64,000 nt of DNA from positions 16,864,001 to 16,928,000 of the forward strand of contig OZ038378.1 in assembly GCA_964036045.1 (NCBI GenBank), given 5' to 3'. A model generated the notes under the pieces. It had not been told where the DNA came from, did no database searches, and saw nothing but the letters and a program-made list of their open reading frames with translations. The position numbers were made by a program, and so were the translations under genes. The stretch is from Eutreptiella sp. 'Long Island Sound 2002' (Eukaryota; Protista; Euglenida). Shown here piece after piece: positions 12,652 through 26,718 of the stretch (its first letter is position 1; each line of letters starts with the position of its first letter).

Positions 12652-15600
12652 CTGGGCAATAATTTGGGGCCCTGTTTTGGGTTTGGTGATGAGACTACTA
12701 CCTATAAACCATAAGAGGTCATCATGGGGGCCATTGAATGGGTCAGAATGCATCTTTGAGCATGAGTCTCCCTCCGCGAACTGCAGTCTGCCTAGATAGG
12801 CTCCTCCGAAACCCCCCGGTGGAAAACCCGGCCCAACCGGAACGTCACAAAAAACATCCGGTGCTTGGAACTTTTGTCTTTGGGTAATGGAGAGCCCCCC
12901 CCCTCGCACGGCGGAAGTTTTTTTGGCAAATAGCCCTCGTGGTGAGGTCCGCGAAGTCAGCATCCGCCCCCCCATTGAACAGGGTGACCGTTTAGCCAGT
13001 TTGCGGCGCCAGACGGCTCAGACCGTCTCCCTTGCCTTTGCCTTTCCCCGAGCTGAATTTGGGACTCGACGCTTTGCATTTTTCGGCGAAACATGGCTAA
13101 CGTGGACTTCGGACTTCGGACCAAAGGTTTTGTTCCCGTCCGATGGTTGCGCTATAAGTGCTCGACACAAGTACATTGAGTTTTCTATGTGTTTAACGCT
13201 GCGTCATATTGTGCCCAACTCCTAATTTTCTCTCAGCTAGAAGCGCAGCTAGAACTTCCAGATTCCAGATGACAAGACGTAGAAGCCGCCGATAGTGCGT
13301 GCGTGTGTAGCAGCCGAGCATCTGCAGTAGGGGTGCGCCCAGGCCGTACCCAGCTACCGGCAACCGGACCCGAGCCATCGCGAACGAGTGCCCACTTTAG
13401 AAGGCTAAAGTAGCCATAAAATTTTGCTTTTCAAAAGATATCGGTACTGGATCCACCATTTTGTATGCTATAATCGCCAAATAAACATTCAAATCGTACT
13501 GTACCGATTCCGTTCCTTTAATTTAGCATGTCCATGTGCGTTTTGTATGTGAGCGGCCTTACCTCCCAACTTAAGACGACCACATTTGGAATCAGCGGCT
13601 TTCGGTGATCATTTTCAGCATGTTGCTGTTTTGGGACGTGCGGCCGCCGTATGGATTCGCCGGCCATCATTGTGTGGGATGCATCGGCCGAGGCAACATG
13701 AAAAGGTACTGCTGCCACTGTGGCCGTTATAAGACGCTAGACACATTCAGGAACTGTCCGGGTGTTCTGTGCCTCTTCCCCACGCCGCCGAAGACTAGGC
13801 CATTCTGGTGCCGCCATGGAGCTTGTGGCAGAATCGGACGTACCACACTGCGAGTCCTATGTAAAGGAACACAGGGGGGGGGCTAAGTCCCTGGGAACAA
13901 GGGGTTTCCACTTCCTGTCTCCCCCTAGGCCCACCCCTATCTGCAGAACTTTGGAAAAATGTCAACCAAGATAGAAAGAGAGCTGGCATTGTGGCCTGGT
14001 GCAGCTTCCACAATGCCTCAAGAAATTAGGGTTCGTTCCTCCCCATTTAGGCCCTTTTCAAGGCGATGAGTTGCGTAGAACCCCCGTCAAGTGCACTCTT
14101 CAGGGAGTTGACTGCGCAGGGACACGCACGCGTGTTATATTACGGTGATCATCGACGACGTAAAGCCGCCGCACAAGGATAATTTTCACGGGTGGCAAAA
14201 TTTACCGTTACAGCTGTCAACCGACAATAACTTTTCCGGAAGCTGAGCGGAGCAGTTGGGCTCCGCATTGGTGCCCGGGGGTGTGCAGGGGGTGAGTACA
14301 GCTTCTCTTGTTGCCCCCGCTCGACCCCACCTTGTGCTCCGCCCTCCTGCTCTCTTTCTCCCCCATCACAAGGCTCCCGGGGAGTGCTAGAGAAGGAATT
14401 TTTCTACGCCGCTCCTTGAAGATCCATCTCATGTTCTTATGTGATCTCGTTTTGATGTGTGGATCACATGAGCAACATTTCTATGGATTTTGTGCACTCT
14501 TTAAGCATTTTTGGATTTCGGCCTTTAAACTTGAATTCGGATAGCTTGGTTATGGCCTTTCACAAACGCTCCTTGTTACTTGGATGGTAAGCTCCTCCGG
14601 AAACCGGCCTTCAATAAGACATTGCGAAAGCACGGTGCACCCACAACGCTTATACGGGAAACACACCATAGCAAGTTGTGGCGCACGGCAGCAGACCTGT
14701 GATGCAGCGAGCCCTCGGGAATGAAGCAAGCACGCATGGGCGAGAGAGAGAGAGAGAGAAGGAGGGGGGTGGGGACGCGACCATCATGATGTACGGGGAC
14801 CACCCCCCTTTTGTGAGGACATATGACAAGATGAATGCATACAACAAACACGGCTTCACGGTTTCACTACTTGCAAAAAGCCATGAATAGGCACATAGAC
14901 ACTTGGCCTCCGGTGAACACGAGACTCTCTCTTACACTTGTGTTTGCAGCCTAAATGGAATTTTGATCAGTGTGTGCCATCCGTTGATTGTGCTGTTTGA
15001 CGTGGAACAAAGCCCATTTTAGCCTTTCATGGTGAGTGTGTCAACGATGCAAGGATGTAGGACCCCTCCTTTTCTCTTGTTTTGGAAGGGGTCATGGTTT
15101 ACATTGAGCCCCGACAACTCAATCGCCGGTATGAGGAAGCGCAAAGAACCTCGAAAGCTGTTGCATCTTACCCCGGTTGCATCTTCCGCGCCTTCTTAGA
15201 GGAAAATCGTCCCACGACTATCCCTTCAAGGATTCGTTTTGGACTCGTGCCGGTGCGCATATCAATTTGTTCATCATGTGGACAATAGGTCATGGGTGTG
15301 CGGCACGGGTGTACATATCACTCTCATCAAGGTACCAAAGTGAAGGCGTGCCATGGAGCACTTTGAATGCCACCCTCAATTTCTCTTCTTCGGCACATTT
15401 AATTTTGTGGTATCCATTCAAAGAGGAACCCCCACACGAGAAGGTTGCGGGACGCAGATTCCCACGTCAATTCTTGAGTCCTTGACACCGCAATACATCT
15501 TTCACTCATTTTTGTGCCCACTACCTCCTCGGTGGATCTCGAAGTTGCATGAGCACAAAACGATGCCCAATGCTTGTTCTTTGACTCCAGAGTTTTTTGC

Positions 15601-18539
15601 AGGCATTCCTTGTAAGAGGGCTCTGCCTAGTATTTGACAGCAGATCCAGTGCATGCTGCATTGTGGTCGAGGGATTGTTTGTATTACCATTTTCTTTCCC
15701 GAGTGTCCAGGGGCGAAACGACCAATACGGCACATCACTTCTTGCGCATTCTTCTCATTGCCATCTTTTAGAGATCCTCTTTCATGCGTCGGTGTTGCAA
15801 AGCGTGTCCACCGCAGTGCCCGTGAAGACCGAGCCGAAGAGCCCACTGGCGCAATAGATCAGCAAGTAGGAGTTGGACTCACCATCATTTGTCTCCTGAT
15901 TACGATGCTAGACTTGGCTGCAAATGGCCTCGTCCCCTGCGTGCGGCCATGAATGAATCGTATGATGAAACTTCGATAGAACGAGCTTGGAACCATGAAG
16001 ACATTTCCTCGGGAAACACCATTAGCGACCTGAGTGATTCATGTGAAGGATCTAGTGCAAGCACGCACTCGGTACGGTGCCGCAATAGGGTATTACCGCT
16101 TGTGCATGTTCTCCGACATGGTTTTTGATAATTTCATCGTGGTTGCACAAGTTTGCGAAACGAGAGGGCGTGGTGGTGCATAGTTGGTATTGATACGGGA
16201 GCATATGTATGGTTGCACCAAATCACACCATGTACCAAGCATGGTATTGGGTCTACTTGAGGTGTTCCTAGCCATATTCTTGCCCTGCAGGTATTTACAT
16301 GCAAAGTAGGTTCGCACTCACCAGCATTTTTGCATCTACCGTTTCCGGCAATTTTCAAGCGATGTTGGCAAAATTTGTTGTCCAAAGCGCCATTCTAGCG
16401 ATAGAGGCATGAGTGCCTCCATGGTTTGGCACAGGCCTCATGGGTGCCCAAATCGCTAAATGAGGGATTGCTACCGAAAGTGCTACATGTGCTACAATCT
16501 ACACCTCGTCCAAACCTCTGGTTCTGATGAAATAGGCACAATGCCCAATACCCAAATTGCAAGGAAAGACTTGCAAGGTCAACAAACAATAGAATATGGC
16601 TTGGTACAAGCCCTCATGCTTCCCAAAGATGTGCATATGCAAATGGATATGGCTATAGCCCGATGTGGTGGTGTGTATGTCACCACGAGTGGATCCGCAA
16701 GGTAGCCTAGCAACTTGTCCCCGGAATAGGAGGTTGGACCTCAACCACCCGATCAGAGCGAATGATGGACTTGTGGAATGCCCATAGCCTAGCCCCAAGC
16801 TATCGAGCCTTTGCTCGCTGGCAGGGCATGTACCCTGTTGCAACACAAGGTTTACATGTGATAGAGCATTGGAGGGGCGAATGGTGCTATAGATGAGATT
16901 GAGCAGTCGAGCAACAATAGGTAGTATGAAATGGGGGGTGGGGGGTTAGTTAAGTGTTGGTGATCCGTGCACCACCTTGGTGGAGCCATGTTTGTTGAAT
17001 CTCTTTTGTTTTTCACCGTGCAATTGCAATCCATCACTTTTTCTTGTACATCAACAGCTTTTCGGTTTTCTTCGGCTCACTACATTGTTGGTGCCCTTTT
17101 CTGTAGGAGGCGTCCTATTTTCAAAAATCACACACATGTACAATGGGGTAGGGCACTGCTGCATTAGGCGTTGAATGACGGAATGACGGAATGATGGAAG
17201 GACATCAATGCTCTAGTGGCACAAAACTCTGGGGAAGATAGTTGAGGACCACAAAGGTCATTTGAAAATCCGGGCTGTGTCGGGTGGGAAGGGGGATAAG
17301 ACATCCAAATGCTTTCCTACTCGCCATGTTAGGACACTGGGTTGCCTCGTGCAAGCCATTGTGCCCTGCCCATTTGGGCAAGTTTTGCAACCCCTTTTTT
17401 TCAGCCGGCACCGAGTGCCGACAAGCCCCCGAGCTACCTACCTGTATGGCTACCCATGGATTTATACCTCTCCCATTGTCACCAAATGATGACCCGTGTT
17501 TAGTGCCCCCCATCAATCATCGGAGGTCACCTAGAAATCGTAATTTTTCAACCCCCATGCATGCGGACAAAGAGTCAAGTCCTTAGCAGTGGGGTGCCAT
17601 TGGGGGGTGGTCCGGGGTACATGGAGATACAACCCATGGTTCAGTTAGGGGTTCCATGTGGAAGAAAAAAGATCTTTGGGACTAGGGCCTAGATCCACAC
17701 ATAGTGGCTGTTGTAGGCCAACCAAGTTTGGCCCACCACGATGCAAATATGCCTCAAACGGCACGTTTCAACCCTAGTGGGCACCACTAGGAGGGCCCAA
17801 TGGGTGCTACATGGCCGCACATGGGTTCATGAGCACTCCCATAGTCACCAAATGAACCCCCACCTCCACCTCCTAAAAAGTGGGTGGCCATGGGGAGGGG
17901 GTGTCCCCGACCAAAAACTCACGGGGGGTTACTTTTGGAGCTCCAAATTGTAATTTTCAAACGGGTCAAACCAACAATTCAACCCCTTGGGTCAGGGCAC
18001 ATATGGGACCCAAAAGGGGGTTATGTGGGGTTTTCACGTATGTGTGGGCCAACGTTCTGCAAGGTGATTTTTCGATGTTGACCCACCCCCCCATCTGGGC
18101 TGGGTACCATTTTGGGGGGGGGGGGGCATTTTGGGGGGGGGGGTTCAAAAATTCCAAAATTTGACCCCCCCATCCATTTTTTAAACCCCAAAATCATGAA
18201 TTTTTCTAACCATTTCGATTTGTTTTGGTGTTGGAAAAAAAGACACCAGTCGACACAAGGGACATGTATAAAGAACATAATTTTGTTCACCATTTCCACT
18301 TTGAGTAGAAAGAATTTTTGGGACATGTGTTGGGTGGTCTATTGCGGTTTTGGGGGTGTTCACTGGAACTTGAACAATTTCGAAGATTTGATTTTCCCCC
18401 AAACCCTTCCAACGGTTTTGGGATGGCTTTGCATCATCATTTGGTGGTACTCTAGCACCCGCGGGGACCCACATACCAGTTGCTAGGCCCATGTAACCGC
18501 GACACCCCGAAAATTGTTGTTTCTAGGTCAGGACCTACG

Positions 18540-18920
18540 TTTGCAGTTTTCAATTTTCGCAACTCACGAATTGAAATTTCCAAAACTGACTTTTTTGATA
18601 GTGTGACCACCCAGTGCGATAAAATATCCCATGTAAAGCATATTTTGGACCTTTGTTGTGTGTGTTTTTACCCCATCTGGCCATTGGGTGCCGGCAAGCA
18701 GCTACAGAGATGTGCACATGGGCAGCAAGAGCCTGTTGTGCACCTGGATAGCCGAAGGAGCTGTGCGTGGGCGGCAGCAAGGAGCTGCGCACGTGGGCAA
18801 CGGCGGGGAGCTGTGCATGTAGGCAGCAGCCGAAAGCTGTGCATAGAGAGGTCCTATCCAAGGGAATATTGTGTGCACTGCCAATTTTCAGCATCAAGAA
18901 CGCGAAAATTGAAACTTCAA
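18540..18920. mobile_element. Probable MITE-like element with imperfect inverted repeats and internal short tandem repeats
   Basis: TTTCAATTTTCGC near 18548 versus GCGAAAATTGAAA near 18902. Internal GAGCTGTGC...GGCAGC units at 18755-18845. No TSD identified. Confidence 0.4.
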
Positions 18921-19071
18921 AAGCCATTCTTTGCGATTGTGACCCCCCCCCCCCCACAATAAATCATCAAATATCACGTGTATTCAAGCATGGGATGGCA
19001 TGGTATGATTTGCTACGGCCACTGGATTGTGACCCGTGCAATCTAATTTGCTAGTGTTGTGCAACCACAAG

Positions 19072-19100
19072 ATAGGGACGATATTTGGTCCCTCTTCGAG
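19072..19100 (+). CDS. Putative micro-exon of SP-RING gene
   Basis: AG|..RDDIWSLFE|GTGCGT. The phase-0 donor fits the next exon. Confidence 0.35.
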
Positions 19101-19368
19101 GTGCGTTGCCAAAGGCAACAGAGTTTCATTCGAATATGGGGTGTTTCATTTGGTCGTTTTTGTTTCATTTTTGTTTCCATTAGCTGTCTGTGCCACCAGG
19201 GCCATCTGCTTTGCGGCAAATCCCCCCCCCTCCAAGAACAGTAACTGCCAAACCTTTGTCAACAACACCCCTTCAACAACAAAGAATCAGAGTTCCGAGA
19301 GAGCCCCCCCCTCCCCGCCAGCACCCCACCAGCAATGGCCACTTCTTGCGAAAAGTGTTTCTCGATAG

Positions 19369-19882
19369 GGTACTGGATTTGTCAACTGGGCAATTTGTAC
19401 TGGTTGTTGCTACCGAAACCGTCCAAGAACTTGCCACCTTTGCGCCCGTCTTCACGCACAGAAGCGCAAAAAGAAGCATAACAAGAAGCACAAGAAGAAG
19501 CACAAGAAGAAGCACAAGAAGAAGCACAAGAAGAAGCATGGGAAGCACAAACATCGCCACAAAAAGAAGCGGAGGAGAAGTACACATTCAACGTCAAGTG
19601 ACAGCACGAGTGGGAGCAAACATCGCCACAAAAAGAAGCGGAGGAGAAGTACACATTCAACGTCAAGTGACAGCACGAGTGGGAGCAGCATGAGCTCAAG
19701 CAAGAAACGAATGCGGTTGGATGTGGAAGCCATGATCGACAGAATTGTTCAAAGGGTGAGAACCATACAAGAGGGCGAGCGCGCCGCCCAAGCACTATTT
19801 GCCGATGATGAAATAGTACTGGAATGCAGGCAATCTTTGAAGTGTCCCATCACTTTTAGGCGACCCCAGCTTCCAGCCAAAG
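19369..19882 (+). CDS. SP-RING (MIZ) Zn-finger gene exon: RanBP2-like Zn finger, K/H-rich tract, start of SP-RING
   Basis: GTGFVNWAICTGCCYRNRPRTCHLCA, then KKHKKKH repeats, a 69-bp duplication, and SLKCPITFRRPQLPAK. Donor GTTGCC (phase 1). Confidence 0.8.
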
Positions 19883-20373
19883 GTTGCCTCTTTGTTCGCA
19901 TGCTTCTGCGGCGGTTCTTGCTAATAGTCACGAAGGGCATGCCACGCATAAGTTCGAAGGCGTCCTTGATATTCCCTTCGGACAATACTCCCACTTGAAA
20001 AAGCGTCAAATCGCTTTCTCATGTACCGCTACTCGTGTAGCGGACGTGCGACCCGCCCACCCCACCCCACCCCCGCGCCATCCACCACCAGAAAAAACTT
20101 AACGTGCCACAGTGACGTGCTTCCGCGTGAACCGGCCCCTAAAGCGTTTGTGGAACGGTCCTGTCAAATAAAAGGTCAGTCTTCCGAAGGTTCCGTCCAT
20201 ACCGTTTGTGTACCAACGAGGCATATTGGACCTGAATGCGGCCTGTGGTTGTAGTTGTACCGGGGGTATCTAATCCCCTTATGCCCATTGCCCCCCCCGC
20301 CAGGCCTCTGGCCTCAGCAGCCCACATGTGTCCCTCGCAAATCCACCCGCGCATTCTGCCTTTGCCTCCTCAG

Positions 20374-20572
20374 GATTGTCTTGTCAACACGTGCACTGCT
20401 TCGACCTTCGGGCGTTCCTGCAATGCACCGAAAACCAACTGCAGCGGGACAGGGCCGCATGGCGTTGCCCCATTTGTGGAATCAAATTGGCTGAGGACGA
20501 GGTGTACGTGGATGCGTACTGGGCCACCATCTTGCAGACCGACCCGAATGCTGAGCAAGTAGACATTGCAAG
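20374..20572 (+). CDS. SP-RING gene exon (core of MIZ finger; putative SUMO E3 ligase-like)
   Basis: (G)LSCQHVHCFDLRAFLQ...WRCPICG...VYVDAYWATIL completes the C-x-H-xx-CFD...W-x-CP-x-C MIZ motif. Confidence 0.9.
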
Positions 20573-20921
20573 GTAATGCAGCGGCAACTTGTTGCAGACG
20601 TGTGGTTTATGGCGCGTGTGTCCATGTGCCTGCCCAGCCATGCGCTATTTGGTCCTGAGCACGCAGTCCTCCCACTGAGCATATCGTTGAGCGTACCGCA
20701 AGCGCGCGGTCGGCGGCCGCCGGCATTGCGCGCACGTTTCGACTTTTGGTTGTGTACCGTTTCCGCCAACCTCTTTTCGTGTGAGCCGCATGTGTCCATC
20801 TGTACCCGTGGCTGTGCCTCGTACCTGTGCCGGTGTTTGTGCCTTGGCGTGCGCCTATGCCTGCGGGGATGCGTGCGCCAGGCGTGTGCCCGGCTGTACA
20901 TGTCCGCATGTATCTTTGCAG

Positions 20922-20994
20922 GGACGGCACATGGGCCCTTGTTCCCATCCAAGACAGACCAGAGCCGGTGATTGTTGAGGAAGACGCCGCGTGA
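20922..20994 (+). CDS. SP-RING gene terminal exon
   Basis: Acceptor TTTGCAG (phase 2) gives (R)DGTWALVPIQ...DAA*. DG(S/T)W is typical after MIZ fingers. Confidence 0.8.
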
Positions 20995-22099
20995 TAAAAG
21001 GGAGGCCTTGGGGCGTAGTAGACGGTTGTGTGGCGGAAGTCCGTGGGATGTGCTGGCTGGGGGCCATTGGCACGTTCTTGCCTGCAGAGGTAAGACTCCT
21101 TGTCCGATCGGCGTGATCGACGTACGCTGGAGGAATCGCATGGTGCGCCAGGGACGAGAAGGCAACGGCCGGAGGACCAACCCAACGGATTGCTTTCGCC
21201 GCTCCAAACTTGCAGAGTGCGCGGAGAAGAAGGGAGGCTGCAACGACAGTGGTGACTGTGCTGGTGGCGGTGGCGGCAGGACGTGACGCTTCCTGGCCCG
21301 CCACCGCCGGTCATTGTACCTGTCCCCGTGATGCTATATGCACACAGCACGACTTGTGCACTGTCAGCGCCCGTGCATCGTTTCCTGTGATCGAAAATAT
21401 GCCGCTAGTCGCACCTCCTTCTTGCCACTTTCATTAAGTATCAATAAGCAGTGCAAGCGGAGGTATCAGGACCAATCGCGGCATTTGCAGCGCTTTGTGG
21501 GCGTACCTGTGCTGCTGCGTTGACGTATGATACTCCAAGGGGGTGTGGGATCACATGCTTTGTGGTTTGGTTTTCAAAGGTACCGCGGCTTCTGCTCATA
21601 GCTCTACCGCATCCGATCCACAACCCTCCCTGACGTGCTTGGCGCGCACTGGGTGCCTGATTCTCACACACCGCGCAGTGCCATGCCAACACAAGGGGGA
21701 ATGCTGACCAACCCAAGTCCGGGTTTCCATTCCCCGAACCAATGCTGCTGTCGGAAAACGAGCGACACATGGCTAATTCCGGGGTGCCACGCACAGCCGC
21801 ACAGAGCCACCCTGAGCCACACACAGAGCCACGGACTCAACCCTGCCCCTCTCCCCTCCCAGTGGGCCTCAGTCAGGCACAAGCCGCACAGCGTACATCA
21901 TGCGAGCACAGAGATCTGACACATTTTGCAAGCTGACTGCCACACGCCCTCACAGTGCTGCCTCCAAGAGCCCCGCCAAGAATCACCCAAACAGGCCAAG
22001 TGCCTTTTTTCGGATCCCATGCCATGACAGCGGCAGGAAATGGGGGAAAACCACTGTTTTGCTGGCAACTAGGGCACTGGACCGTGTCAAGAACCCAGG

Positions 22100-23300
22100 G
22101 GAAAACCACTGTGAGTTCAAGGGGGTCATCAGAGCCGATGCCCCAAATGGGAGATTGCACAGAGTTGCGGGTGCGCTTGATATCTTTTTCCGGAACACTG
22201 ACTGTTTCCTGGGAGCCACAATGCCGTTGCACAAAACAGGTCACAAAACAGAAGTCCACAGATTGACCGGTTTTTCGTCGATTTCTTTTCTTTTTTTTTT
22301 CTCAAATGCATTTGACTTGTGTAGGTAATGTCCTTTCTTGCTGCTTCTGGATACGATGGAGGGATCTCTCCACCAAAACACAACGCCATTGCACCAACGC
22401 AGACATCCGGAGGCATGGCTGCTAACTTTCTTGCCCCTGACGATTGAACCACCACCGCCCTCTGGAGTCCTAACCTGTTTGACCCTGATGGCCACTCTTT
22501 TGGTGCAATGGAGGTCGCTTGAAGAAACAGCCTCAGGTGGAGGCAGGGCGGTCCCCGAGTCCAAACGCGCGGGAGAACAGGCGGACGCAGCATCGTATTG
22601 CTGCAGGGGAGCAATGGACATGCACGTGCAGGGTCTTGCAAGCAAAAGCCTTTCAGCCCCCCTGAACGGCCAGGGCCTGGTTGCGGGGGGATCCTATCCC
22701 ATTTCCAACCCCTCAGGCCCTGTGAAGCACCCGTGGAACACAGTCTGACCAAAGGGAAAGCATCTGGTCAAAGCACACATCTCAGCCATGAATTGCCATG
22801 TGGTCCCTTCGAGAAGTAGATGCTGTTCTGCATGCCGCTCTTGGTTGTGGGACTATGTGACAATGTTGAGTCGTACCTGTCAGAGCACGTCGCAATGCCG
22901 TGGGTCGATTCCACTTTGCTGGCAGCAGGGGAGCTTACCCAATTGCCGCCCAATGGACAAGCGAGAGTCTTCCAGTGGGAAGGTGTCACTCTGAATTCGG
23001 AGAAACACACAAATGGGGCACCCTCCCCAATGCGGAGAACCTGTAGGAAGTTTCGGGGCTGCCTAAATGCATTGGCTGTGTCCATTGAGATGAGGAGCAG
23101 CAGAATGGCTTTCATGGAGGACCGATTTTGGCTCATGCCAACTGTGCCTCCCCCAAGCCCCCCGGGGTCATCGGGGGCCCTTTGGGCCCGGCCAACCCAC
23201 ATGGGTGGGGGCACCAAATCCTGTTCCCGAAAGCCTGTCACGTGCCGGATTGAAAGAGGGTTAGCCGGGGAGAGCCGAGCTCTTTGAATCTGGCACTCCA
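22100..23300 (-). mobile_element. Decayed non-LTR retrotransposon RT remnant
   Basis: LLLISMDTANAF...NFLQVL resembles RT motif A (hhhDxxKAFD). Downstream motifs are broken by frameshifts and stops. Confidence 0.45.
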
Positions 23301-24068
23301 CGGGCTTTAGAGGTCATATTCACAGTGGCCCCTCGCATTGCTCAAGGTGGATTAGTTGGTTACTCTCATCCTATTTGTGTGCAAATTCACACCTACGGGG
23401 TCTTGCGGCCCTGGGAGGGCCCCACGGGCCGTTCACGGGGGGTTCTGATGGGGGGGGCGGGGGCAGAGTGGGCATTTGCCCCAATTTTTTACAAACGGAG
23501 ATTCTGCACTGTTCTGCAGGTGAGTGGTTCCTTCTCTTTCTGGATTTCTCAGCAAACCCGTGTGCTTAGTATTTTTGAGACTCGCTATATGTGCTTGGAA
23601 TGACAATCTGGGATGACGTGTGTGTCGGACGGTGGGGGGGGCAGGGCATCCACCACCAGTGGCACCACCAGAATGAACCAACTGTGGACATAGGCACATC
23701 AATTTCTTGTGCAGTCATCATTGTGTCCGTCTGTGCGCAATTACAACCATGTTATGCTCCAACGCTTTCAATGAAGTGAGGTAGGAACGCATTGTATTGG
23801 TTTGCAATGTGTGTCCCACATACCATGTGCTTGTCATTGTCTAAATCTTGCTGCTATGTGCCGAGGGGAGATTGTAAAACCATTTCAGGCACATGCATAA
23901 TTGGTTTTAGGCTGGAACGTTTTTGCCTCCATGTGCATGGAAACCTGGTATTTCGCAGATAAGCACCATTATTTCTCATAGCCGGGTGCAACTGGTCCCC
24001 TAGACCCATCAATACGCTTTTTGTACTGTGCCAACCACTTCGCCCTGTGGCCCCACAGACCCCAGGTG

Positions 24069-24070
<2 letters not shown>

Positions 24071-24139
<69 letters not shown>
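24071..24139. repeat. (GT)n microsatellite
   Basis: Direct reading of the sequence. Confidence 0.97.
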
Positions 24140-24140
<1 letters not shown>

Positions 24141-24967
24141 AACATTGTGGATGTGTAGTTGGTCCACAGAGGCAAGAATATTGTCAATGTGTGCGCTGTG
24201 CGTGCTGTGCGCGCGCTGTGCACAAATGCCCCCCATTGTTTACCCGTGTATAATCTGTAGACAATTCATGGCAAGTAGTTCAACATTCACCATATAGATT
24301 CATGGCCCTGAGCTGCTGGCACTCACCCCTAAAAACACTAATTTGGCAATTTTGTTTGTTGGCCTTCCCGGATAGGATGGACTTTCCGGGGCAATAGATT
24401 CATGTGCTTGGCTTGTTGCCTCCAAGCTAAAAGGTGGCCTCAGGAACCTGGATTCAGGTGTCAAAAGAGTACCAGGGTGAGCCTGTGTCAAGCCTGTTGA
24501 TGCGACCTATTTCACTGATGAAACAGCCTGGAGTTTGAGTAGGGTTTACATCTAGCGTGTGCCCTCCCTGGGCTTGGTCCAGGTTGGGGGGTGGCCCATG
24601 TGGTGGTGAAATTAACCAGGGCACGGAGCAACAATCTCAATGGTGTGCACAATGCCAGGGGGTTGGGCCCATGTTGGGGCTTTGCTTTGTTTTACTTTTG
24701 CTGCTTAGTTGCTTTGTTCAGCCGGTTATGTTTCACTGAAAGCAGGTCTAGCAGTTTTGTGTTTAAACGTTCCATGCACTGGATACGTCAGTGCATGTTT
24801 GGATTGTACTAGGACGGCACAGGAAAATGACACACAGGTCATGCATTCTTGACGTAATTCGTATCAGCCTAGCAGTCCGCAGTTTTACATCGCAGTACAG
24901 CTTGAGTGCAATAGACTTTCCACCACAGCACCGCCTCCATTTCCCATTTGTGCAGCTGTCTGTTGTG

Positions 24968-25351
24968 ATGCTTTGTTGCTGGATCCTTCTTGGACTCCTG
25001 TCTTTGAGGAATGTTGTGGCCCCAAACACCATTCAACCATGCACTGATGTGCAGCTCACGAATATGAGCGGGCGCTGGGTGCCCCTGGACCAACCGCGGT
25101 ACGGGGGCCGGTGCCCATGGATGAAAGCACGGTACAATTGTGAAGGATTAAATTACAGGCATCTGCGCTTTGTGCCCACAAAGGTCGAGCAAGGCGAGTG
25201 CACGCTGCCCCCGTACACTCCTATCTCTGCCGCACGCGCCAGAATGGCCCGCCTGCCAGACCGCCCCCCGGGCCCAGTCACAATGGTTGTACTTGGGGAT
25301 TCACATGTGAGGCAGCACGTGCATGCTCTAGGCTGTCAATTTGCACACCAG
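24968..25351 (+). CDS. TBL/PC-esterase (SGNH acyltransferase/esterase) gene, exon 1
   Basis: Hydrophobic N-terminus MLCCWILLGLLSL, a PMR5N-like GRWV...CPW...YNC...C.LP segment, and the GDS motif (VLGDSHVRQ). Upstream pyrimidine-rich AG; donor GTGTGC. Confidence 0.85.
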
Positions 25352-26718
25352 GTGTGCATTGCCTTATCAAGAATCCGGAGATCGCTGTCCACTGGGGACA
25401 GGATGGGGAGAGGGTGTGGTGTGTTGTTCCCCCCCTGGTCGGGTGATCTGGGCAGATGGGCAGCAGTTGTCAGTCTGAAGTGTGTACTGTGAACCTCAGC
25501 ACCTTGCAAGTAGCACCGGGCATGCACCAGGCATCTTTTTAGGCCTAAATGGCCCCAACCAGCGCTATCTCGGCGCTATCCAACACTTCCCTGCCTTGGT
25601 GGGCGTAATACGGCCGCGGTTATTAGCCATGTTGGTCCTCCCCGCTTTGGCAACCCTGAAGCAACAGGGGATATGTAACCCTTTGAGTCCTCCCTGTTTT
25701 GGGGATCTGGATATAGCAGAGGTCATGGAGGCACTTTGATGCCTACATCTGGTGTGGCATTGTGAGCAAGCTCCCTTCGTCAGTGCAGACCTTATTGCAC
25801 TTCACATGATTTTGCACTTGGAAGCAGGTGCATTGCCCCCCTTGGGGGACTATGTTCCTTCTCATGTGTGGACTGCTGCTGATGCAACCAACATGGCCGC
25901 CATTCAAGATGATGGTGGGGATGAGGTCGATGTATGTGCTGTGTGCTGCCAAAAAGCGCACCACCACATTTTGTGATAAATGCACAGAAAATCATGGTGC
26001 TGAATGTAACGACCCAGACACCTGTGGGGACAAAACTATTCATGAAGCACATTAAGTATCGCGTTTGTTGTGCACTTTGAATTGGCAGGTTTGGTGTGGT
26101 GTGATGTGCTCTCAAGGGATGGCTTTGGGGTTGATTTGGAAGGGTGGCAATTTTTTGGTGTGCTTTTGGGCTTCTCGAGGAGAGGGGAGGCCCAGGACTA
26201 AAGTCTGGGACACTTGACAAAAATAGCGTGCTGGGTGCAGGCCCGGCAAAGAGCCCCCCTATATCAACTTTATTTTGACCAGCCCCTGGTCGCACCGCAC
26301 TTGCCTGGAGTCCAAACTTGATGAGGGTGCCACCCGCGCGGTGCGCAGTACAGCGCACGGTGCAATGTCAGCCCGGTGTACCTGCCCCCTCCCCCCCCTA
26401 CCCAAAGTGAGTCACTCAATCCAGTGTACATTACCCTAAAGTGCCGCATTCTCTGATGCACGTGGTGCGATGACGACACCTTCGATGGCGTCGCTGCTGG
26501 GTGCCTGAGGTTCGTAGCACACACTTCATACTGAGGACTGCGGCCCGTCTGCTCACATCACCTGAGGAAGGGGAAATCGATTGATTGCTGGGTCCCCTGG
26601 TTTGCCGTATCAATGCCACCGGCTGACTGCCACACCACGTCTTCTGACCCATGCGATTTTTGCTTAGTGCCCTTTCCCACGCTGCACCATGATGATGCCT
26701 GCAAATCCTGCTGTTCAG

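Noticed and set aside
13193-17586. Several short ORFs that might be first exons or transposase relics
   Set aside because: No conserved motifs or consistent splice-phase chain were found.
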